A DNA stretch of 64,000 bases from Asterias rubens (Eukaryota), in the NCBI RefSeq assembly GCF_902459465.1, contig NC_047067.1, forward strand, positions 4,092,001 through 4,156,000, in the 5' to 3' direction. Under the pieces are notes generated by a model. It had not been told where the DNA came from, did not search any database, and saw only the letters and a program-made list of their open reading frames with translations. Made by a program: the position numbers and the translations under genes. Of this stretch, positions 39,801-51,800 are shown one piece after another. Numbering within the stretch: the first letter of the stretch is position 1; each line of letters begins with the position of its first letter.

Positions 39801-42800
39801 TAACATGCGACTGTTACAAATACTGCTTCTTTTCATCTCCACTGACACAATTTGAGCACAATAAACCCGAGAGGTATTGCTCTTAAAGTTATTATTTAAT
39901 CACTAACTCTCGTTAACTTTGATCTGATTACCGATGACATTCCAATGCATGTTATCAACCAATTCGGCATGTGTTAATACCAAGTATTACCTGAAAGGAT
40001 TTAATAAGCAATATTTATATTAATCCACGATTCTCTGAACGCCAATATTTAATTAATCTGTTCATATTAAATCTTTAGGCAAAACACAAAACCCAACCAA
40101 GTCTGCAAGTAAAGAAAGCGGCCCCTCTTCCCATGGCAGCAGTAGTCATGAAGACCCTGACCATGTCGAACCGTAAGTTTCATTCATGCGACCACAGATA
40201 TGCAGGTAGATCTTTGTTTTTTTCCCCCAACAAATAATAAAAAAAAAACATGAAGGCCTTATCTGTTTTTCTCAGCAAACCTTAAAGTTTAAGATTTCTT
40301 TTAATAACGAACTTAAATAGAAAGGTTAAGTAAAGCCTGCATGTTAACTATTTTTGTAGAACGTTTGTATAAGTAATGTTTTTTTTATCTCAAGCTGCTT
40401 TTGTTCCAATCACATCTCATTACATACGTAATATGTCATTTTTATTTGTTTTCTCTTTCAAAAGGTATAAGTAACTAACCAATGGTAGATGATTAATCCG
40501 AAAATCTATATTTCTTAACAGAAAATCAAAATCTGGAAGCAATGAAGTGCCAGGTAAGTGAATCAATACGATCTATAGGGGCTTTATCTTACAAATAATG
40601 TTGCTCATCTCAAGCCTTTAGTTTGTTTTATGTTATGTTTTACCATTCCAAGTTTCTCTGGACGTCATTATTGAATTATTCTGTTTGCACTTAAGCTTTA
40701 GGTGATACACACATACCAACCAAGTCTGCAAGTAAAGAAAGGCGCCCCTCTTCCCCTGGCAGCAGCCCTGGCAGCAGCAGTCATAAAGACCATGACCACG
40801 CCAACTCGTAAGTTTCATTCACGCGACCACAAATTTGGTTGAACATTCTTGTTTTTTAAGTTTAGGTTTTATTTAAATAACAAACTTGGCTAGAAAAGCT
40901 TAAGAAAAACCTGCATGTGAAGTATTTGTGAAGATCGTTTTTCATTTTTTGGTTTTCAAGCTACTATCATTTACGTAAACTGTCACGATTAGTAGATGAT
41001 TAATCCGAAAATCTATGTTTCTTAACAGAAAATCAAATTCTGGAAGCAATGAAGTGCCAGGTAAGTGAATCAATACGATCTATAGGGGCTTTATCTTACC
41101 AATAATGTTGCTCATCTCAAGCCTTTAGTTTTTTTAAGTTATGTTTTACCATTCCAAGTTTTTCTGGACGTCATTATTGATCTATTCTGTTTGCACTTAA
41201 GCTTTAGGAGATACACAAAACCCAACCAAGTCTGCAAGTAAAGAAAGCCGTCACTCTTCCCCTGGCAGCAGCAGTCATACAGACCCTGACCACGTCAACT
41301 CGTAAGTTTCATTCACGCGACGACAAATTTGGTAGAACATTATTGTTTTTCCAAAATGTGCTGAAACTTAAAGGCAAAAATGTTGCCTTGGTGTGCATTG
41401 TGACGGATAACGTGAACAATCTCTGCAGAAGTCTTGTTCCATTTTACTGAGTTTATCGACAAAAAAAAATACACAAATATTTAGGACCTATCTGTTTTTT
41501 TCTCAGCAGACCTTTAAGTTTACCTTTTATTTAAATAACGAATTGGGATAAAAAAGCTTAAGAAGAGCCTGTTTGTAAACTATTTGTGTAGGTCGTTCAT
41601 CAGTTTTTTTCTCGATCTATTTTTTTTCCCCCATTTATATCTCATTGTCGTTTTCGTTAGATTTAATACAGCTTTGTCTTACACAAGGTAAAGGTAAATT
41701 AACGAATGGTAGATGGTTAATAAAAAAAAATATATGTTTCTTAACAGAAAACCAAGTTCTGAAAGCAATGAAGTGCCAGGTAAGTGAATCATCACGATCT
41801 CTATAGGGGCCTTATCTTACCTATAATGTTGCTCATCTCAAGCCTTTAGTTCTTGACATGACTCCATCGGTGATCGTAATTTGCTGATAACAACGGCAAG
41901 CTACTTTTCAAACTTGGTACCGTAGAGAAGTAATGCCTTATTATTTAACCACCAATTCTCACTTTCTTTCATGTGACTACCTTCAGATGAAATTCCCGCG
42001 CATTGTTTTCACCAAATTCAGCTTTTTTTTATTCCAAGTTATACCTTAAAGGATTTAAGCAATTTTTTGATTCACCATTCCAAGTTTCTCTGGACGTCAT
42101 TATTGAATTATTCTGTTTGCATTTAAGCTTTAGGTGATACACAAAACCCAACCAAGTCTGCAAGTAAAGAGAACCGCCCCTCTTCCCCTGGCAGCAGCAG
42201 TCATACAGACCCTGACCACGTCAACTCGTAAGTTTCATTCACGCGACCACAACTTTGGTAAAACATTATTGTTTTTCCAAAATGTGCTGAAACTTAAAGG
42301 CAAAAATGTTGCCTTGGTGTGCATTGTGACGGATAACGTGAACAATCTATGCAGAAGTCTTCTTCCATTTTACTGAGTTTGTCGTATACAAAACATACAA
42401 AAAAATACAAAAAATGTAGGCCCTATCTGTTTTTCTCAGCAGACCTTTAAGCGTAAGATTTATTTAAATAACGAGTTGGAATAAAAAGCTAAAGAAAAGC
42501 CTGCATGGAAACTAGTTGTGTAGGTCGTTTGTCAGTTTTTTTTTAGAGCTACTTTTGTTCAATTTACATCTTATTACATACGTAAACTGTCATTTTCATT
42601 TTGTATTATAGCTTTGTCTTTCAAAAGGTATAAGTAATTAACGATTGGTAGATGATCAATCCGTAAATCTATGTTTCTTAACAGAAAATCAAGTGATGAA
42701 AGCAATGAAGTGCCAGGTAAGTGAATTAATACAATCCATAGGGGCTTTATCTAGTTGCTCATCTCAAGCCTTTAGTTCTTGAAATCACTGCATCGGTGAT

Positions 42801-45800
42801 CGTTATTTTCTGATAACAACAGCAAACTTCTTTTCAAACTTGGCACCGGTATCCTCTTCTTAGTAGAATCTTAGTTTAGATTTTTGATCATGTTTTTAAA
42901 TTGTTTTTTTTTCAGCACCTAAACCTCAGCCTTGCGATAGTCATCCATGCCAACATGGCGGTGTATGCCAAAATAAAGGACAATTATTTGAGTGTGTTTG
43001 CCCCAGTGGCTGCTCAGGAAGACGCTGTGAAAATGGTAAGCATGTAATATCAAACCGTCTTATATACACCTAAGTTTAAGATGTGAGTGATGTGAATTGA
43101 TGGTTTTAGATATTGATTGATATTTCTGTTTAATTTTGTCTTACATTAACTACAATGTATAGGACCTGTTCAAGACCCATGTGCGAATAACCCTTGCGAG
43201 CATGGGGGAGCATGTTCACCTTATGGATCCAGCTACCGATGCAGTTGCCCGTCAGCGTACATGGGTTCTAGATGCCAATTAGGTATCAATGATTTTTACT
43301 TGTTCGAGCGTAGTTACTTCTGAACTGTGGACCACCAATTTTATGTTTTGTTTGGTCTTTGTCAATCAGTTATCAAGACCAAAAGTACAATTGAGCAGAT
43401 CATTACGCACTGGTGTAACATGCGACTGTTACAAATACTGCTTCTTTTCATCTCCACTGACACAATTTGAGCACAATAAACCCGAGAGGTATTGCTCTTA
43501 AAGTTATTATTTAATCACTAACTCTCGTTAACTTTGATCTGATTACCGATGACATTCCAATGCAATTTATCACCAAATTCGGCATATGTTAATACCAAGT
43601 ATTACCTGAAAGGATTTAATAAGCACTATTAATTTTAATCCACGATTCTCTGAACGCCAATATTTAACTAATCTGTTCATATAAAATCTTTAGGCAAAAC
43701 ACAAAACCCAACCAAATCTGCAAGTAAAGAAAGCGGACATTCTTCCCATGGCAGCAGTAGTCATGAAGACCCTGACCATGTCAAACCGTAAGTTTCATTC
43801 ATGCAACCACAAATATGGTAGATCTTTGTTTTTTCCCCCAACTAAAATAAATAAAAAACATGAAGGCCTTATCTGTTTTTCTCAGCAAACCTTAAAGTTT
43901 AAGATTTCTTTAAATTACGAACTTGGATAGAACAGGTTAGTTTTTTTTTCTCAAGCTGCTTTTGTTCCAATCACATCTCATTACATACGTAATATGTCAT
44001 TTTCATTTGTTTTCTCTTTCAAAATGTATAAGTAACTAACGAATTGTAGATGATTAATCCGAAAATCTATATTTCTTAACAGAAAATCAAATTCTGGAAG
44101 CAATGAAGTGCCAGGTAAGTGAATCAATACGATCTTTAGGGGCCTTATCTTACCTATGTTGCTCATCTCAAGCCTTTAGTTCTTTAAATCACTGCATCAG
44201 TTATCGTTATCTTCTGATAACAACGGCCAGTTGCTTTTCAAACTTGGCACCTGTATCCTCTTCTTAGTAGAATTGCTCAACCAAGCTGAGTTATACCTTG
44301 AAAACTTTAAGAAATTTTATGTTTTACCATTCCAAGTTTCTCTGGACGTCATTATTGATCTATTCTGTTTGCACTTAAGCCTTAGGAGATACACAAAACC
44401 CAACCAAGTCTGCGAGTAAAGAGAACCGCCCCTCTTCCCCTGGCAGCAGCAGTCATACAGACCCTGATCACGTCAACTCGTAAGTTTCATTCATTCGACC
44501 ACATTTTTGTAGAATTTGTTTTTCTCCAGAATGTGCTGAAACTTAAAGTCAAGATGTTGCCTTGGTGTGCATTGTGACCGATAACGTGAACAATCTATGC
44601 AGAAGTCTTCTTCCATTTTAGTTATTTTGTTAATTTAAGAAGAAAAAAGAAGAAAAACAAAAGAAGAAGACCATTATCTCTTTTTCTCCGCAGATCTTTA
44701 AGTCTAACTTTTATTTAAATAACGAACTTGAGATTAAAACCAAACCAATCAAAGCCAACTTTTCCAGTTTGCTTTCTTATTTAATCCAATATAATGGACC
44801 CGGATCAAAATCTTCGCGATCTGGCAGTCGTGAGCACTTTCCAAAAAAGTTAGTTTAGCGAACAAAACCACCAGCATTTACTGCTTGTGATAACTAAACA
44901 TTTCGCAGACACGTTTAATATTTGTACTCTCAAAAACTTCCAAAAGGTTTGTATTAGTTGGAATTAAAGTATAATAACTTGTGCAGTCTCTCGACGGGAA
45001 CGTTGAGGTTGTTTTATTTAGTGTCTCTGCCATAAATGTTTTTTGTTTTAACACTGTACTCCTTTCCAGACATGCATCAGGAAGTAAATCAGGGAGTGGT
45101 TCAGGGCGTGGCTCAGGCAGTAACGAAAGAAGAGGTAATTAAGAATGGATTTATTGTAAATACTATAATCAAAACAACTTACTACAAAGGAAGACAAACT
45201 ATCAATGCAAACATACTCTTCGGTGGGTGTGTACTAAGACAAATTACTGGAGCAAGATTTGAACTAACGACCTCCTCGTTAACGTGTTCAACCAACTATG
45301 AGCTACACAGCGAAAACAACAACAGTTTGACCAACGTTTTGACCAACCATAGCTTTACTGATATTGCGATGCCGTTGAGAACAAACTTTTTTGTTTAATT
45401 GTATTTTAAAAAATGGTGGCTAGGAAGGTAAAATCTATATATGTTATAGCAGTTGGCAATATTATCTGTACCACCGTTAGTCCGGAGGTCGTTGGTTCAA
45501 ATCCCACTCTTCTCAATTAGAATTGTCTTTGTTCAACAACAAATTTACTAAAATTAACCCTTCCAGCTTCCCTTTGGGTTTATTACTTGGGTTAACAGGA
45601 ATACGTTGCCTTGGATCGGACGAGTTGATCTATAAAAAGCGTATGAAACCGTTTGTTATGAAGGGGGGGGGGGGAGATGTTTTAAAAGTAGAATATAATG
45701 ATCCACACAAGTAGCACTCGAAATTGCACGGTTTTCATTTTACGTCACGAACTAACACGGTCGGCCATTTATGGGAGTCAAAAATTGGCCGACCGTGTTC

Positions 45801-48800
45801 GTCGACGAGGTAAACAGAAACCACGCAATTTCGAGGCATATTTTTGTAGATCATTGTATTCTACTTTTACAACATCTTTCTACCCATATGCATTTTATAA
45901 CAAAAGGTTACAGAACGTTTTTCAAAGACCGACAAGACCGATCCAAGGCAACGTGTTCCTTAAAGATTATTCTAAACAAATGTAAAGATACTCATCCTTA
46001 AGATTTCAAACATGAACAGTTGAACATCCAAACACAGGTAGATACATTACTAGTAAATACCAATAAAATAAATTAAATATTAGATACTACTTTTCAATAA
46101 TTCAGTAATCTTAACCGTTGACTTTTCCTTAAAAATTAATGTTAAAAAATTGTTAAAAGTTTGTGTTGTTCTATTTACCAGGCTACTACAGAAGTCCGTG
46201 TGAGAAAAACCCTTGCAAACGGGGATCTTGCAAAGAGTTCGGCAAAACATTCAAGTGCAAATGTCCAAGTGGCTTCAAAGGAAGACGCTGCCAATACAGT
46301 AAGTATGCCTATTTGTATTGAACAACATTTGCGTGCGAACGGGAAAAAAAAATCTGCGTGCGAACGAAACAAATTTGCGTGCATTTGTAAGTCTGATTCA
46401 GTGTCGTTGTGGAAAGCAGGAAGATACAATATTTCCACGAAAGAAGTTTTAAAGTCCCTCCGTTATCTGTATTCAGAAATCTTAACAGTATTGTTTTCCT
46501 TCTTATTCCCTCGAAGCAAAAAGACCACGCACAACTCATACCCATGGGAGCAAATCGAGCGGGTAAATATTGTCCTCTGTGTAATTTCCCCCAATGTAGT
46601 TTTATAAAGTCTTCGCTATTGGTTTGCATTTATTGATTTTAGACATAATTGATCGTTTTAATGTTATAACCTTTGAGTTTTTCCCCTCCCCATGTGAAAC
46701 AGACATTTACACCGTTTCATTAAATAATACGTATAATACAATTCAATGTAAGAGGTTATTGTATTTGTAGTAACCTTACAGTTTTACAAACTTGCTCATC
46801 TAAATATGCGAAATTTAAAAAAATTGATGGAGGGGGGGCTTTTATTAATTTTCTCTGTAACAACAATAATGATTTACTTTCCTCTTTTTAAACAGCTCGT
46901 CGTCTTCTGCAGAAATCGAAGGTAAGTGAATAATTCGCTTGCTTCTAGATAATAATAACAATATACATTAATGACAATATTGTTAATATTGTTATTATTG
47001 TTATAAATTTATCAAATTTTGGGCACCACAGCAGTGTATGTGCATGAGCTAATAAAGGATAACACGTGATATGTGGTCAACCAATCAAATGACAACGAAG
47101 ACCTACCAGGTACATTTCAATTGTTAACGTATTTCCGAGCGTGTGCACAATACCGAGAACAATGGATTTTACCTGGTAAGTCTGCTGCCACCAAGCGTTC
47201 CAAAAGTCTCTCAATCAGATAATGCTGACAATAGTATTAATATGATGTAGTAAGATTTGTGTTTGTTTGCATGTTATAGCACCCCAACCATGTGATTACA
47301 ACCCATGTTGGAACGGAGGAACCTGTTTGCCCGAGGGTGACCCGTATACCTGTAATTGCGCACCAGGATATGAAGGAAGACGTTGTGAAATTGGTAAGAA
47401 TTTTGCAGTTATTATTTCCATACCCTGTTTCACTTGCTGAAACATTTGAAAACGATTGAAAAACACTTCAGTTTACTGCTCAAATTTTTGAATATGATGG
47501 TTATAAATAATCAATAGTTTTGAAGTTACCCCTACATTTGATTTCCCCACACTATGGGGACAGTTGTTTGTCAAGTGGTTCGGGACAAGCTTTTGTACAG
47601 CAACCTCCACATGAGCAATCCCTGGTGCCACTGTGCCATACACATTCATTCAAAATTGTGTGTAGTTGTTCACCGTCTCTTACGTTACTAAAAGCTTGCC
47701 CCAAATCATGTGACATAGCAACTGTTTCTGTAGCCGGAGGAATTCGAATTTAAACAGTAACTTGTGAACAAGCACGTCATTGTACCAGACAAACGGGAGG
47801 TTTAGCTGCAATCAATTGAAAGTAATTTCCTAATATTCAAATCCAATTGTGTATAGCTCTTGTTTTCAGAGCTCTTGCTATTTCTTTTACTATTAATGGT
47901 AACACCACCAGTGGTTATTGCTTTAGTTGACTGCATTTTGTTTATTTATTTTTTTTTTTGTTTAACTACTGTAGCTCCCACACCTCATCCATGTGAACAA
48001 GACCCTTGCTCTGGCCACGGTAAATGCTACTCGACCCGGGACGGAGGATACAGGTGTGAATGTGATCCTAATTACGGGGGTGAACGTTGCAATGAAGGTA
48101 AGGGCACGAACAAACAAACAGGCACCACCACCCCCGCCCCCCCCCCCCAACAAATGGTCTTCCAAAAACGTCGACTTGTTGTTTTTTGTTGTTGTTTTTT
48201 AATTGATGTAGGAAGTAAAATGTCATCAGAGGCATATTTTCACACATTTACAACATCCATATTACATGTGACATTGCTCACAACAACAATTAATGCATAA
48301 CTGTTACATAAATATATTTTTCGTTCAAGTGATGTTAAACTCTGTACACCAATCATTCAATATTAACAACAGAATGCACATGAGCTACAATAACGTACGT
48401 AAACAACAAAACAACTTTGAAGGAAAAGAAAATAAACCTGTTGGGCAATTCAAAATGTACCTGCTATTTGCTTTGTTCATTATCTCCCTGGTTTTAGGGT
48501 TTGCGTAGTGTTGTCTTCCCATGCCTTTCTCCTCTATAGGATCACTATTCAAAACACGTCGTGGGTTGGGTTTTCAGTCATTACCTGACAACGTTGGTTT
48601 TTTTTTCTTTCTTTTTCTTAAATATATGTATATATATATATAATGAATAGGGTAGATGGCCTTAGCTTTCGATCCAATCCGGACCTTCTTCAGAGGCATA
48701 AAACAAGTACAAACAAATACATATCCATTTATAGAAAAAGAGAGGGGGAAGGGATTAAGGAAAGGATCCAGAAAGAAGCGGGAAAAATAACAGCCAATCA

Positions 48801-51800
48801 AAGTTTCTATTTCAGAAACAATATTGGTGGCTATGAACCAATAGGAGTGGAGTGGCGAGGACAAAGGATGTTTAGAATGAAAGGAAGGGTTACTGGACCA
48901 TAAAAGTGGTAAAAGTATTGTTCGACAACAATGCAGGGAGACATGAAAGGGTAGGATTAGAGAGCAAGTTGCATCATGATGCAACTAACAATGGTCAATT
49001 AATAAGAATAGCAAGATCAAAGGTATGATGATTTTAAAAAAAGGTATGAGGGACCTGTGGAAAAAAAGAGGGGGGTTACTTACATCAGATAGTTACAGTG
49101 ATGAATTTATATATATATATATATAAGGTAAGAACAACAATTAGAAAAAAGGTATATTTTGAATTGCCCATTATATGTATAATTTTTTTTTGGGGGGAGG
49201 GGTTATTTGGTTAACTATTGTTAAATAAAGTTGGTCTAATATTGTTGATAATAATCTGCTTTTTGCATCGTTTATTAAAAGTGAACGAACCCTTGATCAT
49301 AGTGTTATCTATACTTTCTGCATTGTTAACGAAGGTTATTAATGTTGAATACATGCTTTTTGAACTAGTATTATTTTACTTTATCTAGCTTTTGCATTGT
49401 TAAAGTGTACTATTATTTGTGTTGCCTGTTGTTTGCATTTCTATGTTGAACTAACAATTTGTGCTACCTTATTATTTAATTGTTTAACTGATATTTTTGT
49501 TCCCTGCTTGTTTCAGTTATCCCTGTAAATCCATGTGACAGAAACCCATGTAAGAATGACGGCAGATGTTTAACAAGAGGTGACGACTACCAATGCCACT
49601 GCATGTTTCCATACGAAGGCACTAACTGTGAACAAGGTATTAACAACATCAATCAACTACTGCATAATGTTCTTAACATTTGAAATCACTTTGACTAAAA
49701 TGTACTTAATTTGCTTATTTTTCTCCCCTTTTCACCAATATGGAAATAAATGTGAATTGAATTGAATTGAATTGAATACAAAATTCAAAGCCGTTATAAG
49801 CAATCTGTTTTGTTTGTAACATGATGATTATTTTTATCTGGTTTGTATTTAGTCCAACCTGGTCCCTGTGAGGACAGCCCATGCACCAACGGTGGAACCT
49901 GCTTTCCGGACGGTCAAGATTTCTTCTGTCAATGCCCAAAACAATTCGAGGGTAGACGATGCGAAATAGGTAAAGAATATCACGTGATATGCAAATAAAA
50001 CTGCACTTTGTGTTAATAATAGTAATCGAGTTTATAAAAAAAACTTACTTAGTAACGAGCACTGGAGAGTTATTGGTAGTTTAAAACGTTGTGAGAAAGA
50101 GGTAAATTCTAACTCAAAATTAAAGAGACTTCTGAAAGCACAAACATTGTGCAACAATAGTTTTTTTTCTTGTATATTCCCTTGCAATTTGGATGACAAA
50201 TTGAGTCAAAATTTCCACAGATTTGTTATTTTAAGCATATGTATGACACACCAAGTGAGATTACTCGGTACTTTGACAATATTACCATATAGTGTCCAGT
50301 GCATTTAAAGACAACGGACACTATTGGTAATTGTCAAAGACCAGTCTTCTCACTTGGTGTATCTCAACATATACATAAAATAACCAACCTGTGAAAATTT
50401 TAGCTCAATCGGTGGTTGAAGATAATAATGAACGAAAAAACACCCTTGTCACACGAAGTTGTGTGCTTTCAGATGCTTGATTTCGAGACCTCAAATTGTA
50501 AACTTGAGGTCTCGAAATCATGTTCGTGGAAAATTACTTCTTTCTCGAAAACTACGTCACTTCAGAGGGAGCCGTTTCTCACAATGTTTTATACCATCAA
50601 CCTCTCCCCGTTACTCGTTAACAAGAAAGGTTTTATGCTAATAATTATTTTGAGTAATTACCAATAGTGTCCACTGCCTTTAAGCGTCTAAATTGAATTC
50701 AATTGATGGATACACTTTTGTTTGTATTACTAACAGCGCTTAAAGTTGGACCATGTCAAACTGAGCCCTGTTTCAACGGAGGAACTTGTACACCAACAGC
50801 AACTGATTTTGAATGTGCATGTAAGCCAAGCTACACTGGGAAAAGATGTGAAGACAGTGAGTACAATCAAACACTTTCCAATTGGTTATCCGATTCAGCC
50901 CAAACTGTGTCTCTGTGTGAACTACCGTTTTAATTACCCACGTTCGTCCTGGAAAAATAAAACCGCCACACACCAGGGTCGACCCATAAGGGAAGCTAAA
51001 CGAACGCACACATTTACTCGTGTAGATTCGTACGAGATTCCATGTGTACGAGATTCTATGGGACAACAGGCTTCCGAGCAACAGTGATTTATTTTACTGT
51101 TGTTGTCCCTGACCCACTAAGTATTGTTTTGTCCTTTTGTTAGTTTTTTTTTTGTGTGTACTTCGCATAAAAACTTCTTGTAATAATTTGCCTGTTCCCC
51201 TCATACACTCATTGGCAACTATTCTTGTTTAGGTAGCCGCCCTCGCGTCATCAGAATTTCTGTATTTTACTGATCCGGTTGTTTTAGGGCTGGGCCTGTA
51301 ATTATGTTTCTGTTTTTGTTGCATAGCTCTTCATTCTGCCTTGTATTGCATTCTTGTTATTTTGTTGTTGATGAAGAATATATAATAATACTACAACTAA
51401 TAATCAAGATAATAGTAATATTAACAAGGTTTTATAACTTGAAAATCTCTTTTTGATTAGTGTCTCAGTTGCAAAAAGTGAACGCTAACAGAAAACAAAA
51501 CCATTAATGAGTTAAATGTTGGAACGCAAAGTTTCGGTTTTGGAAATTAGTGTCCCAAAACCCCAAACAAAGCATAATGTCCCCTTATGTATTCTGCTAA
51601 TTTGATTCACTGCCCTGTGGTCGAAACCAAGTTTTTGTGATTTAAACGAAAATTGTAACAAAAAAATATATAAGTTTACAAAACAGAAATGTATTGTTAC
51701 TTATTTCGAGCTATGTTTCTGTTTAAATGAAGAGAGAGACTATGCCTGTGTCAAAACTGAAGGCTTAATTTGTTTTATTTTTTTGTTTGGTTTGTTCTAA

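Noticed and set aside
47545-47710. Minus-strand Cys-rich mini-ORF (MSHDLGQ...[12 protein letters not shown]...)
   Set aside because: Only about 54 codons, no recognisable domain and no supporting splice sites; may be chance.
48574-48984. 136-aa minus-strand and 86-aa plus-strand ORFs
   Set aside because: Low-complexity purine/pyrimidine-biased sequence next to the hammerhead; more likely a non-coding retroelement remnant.
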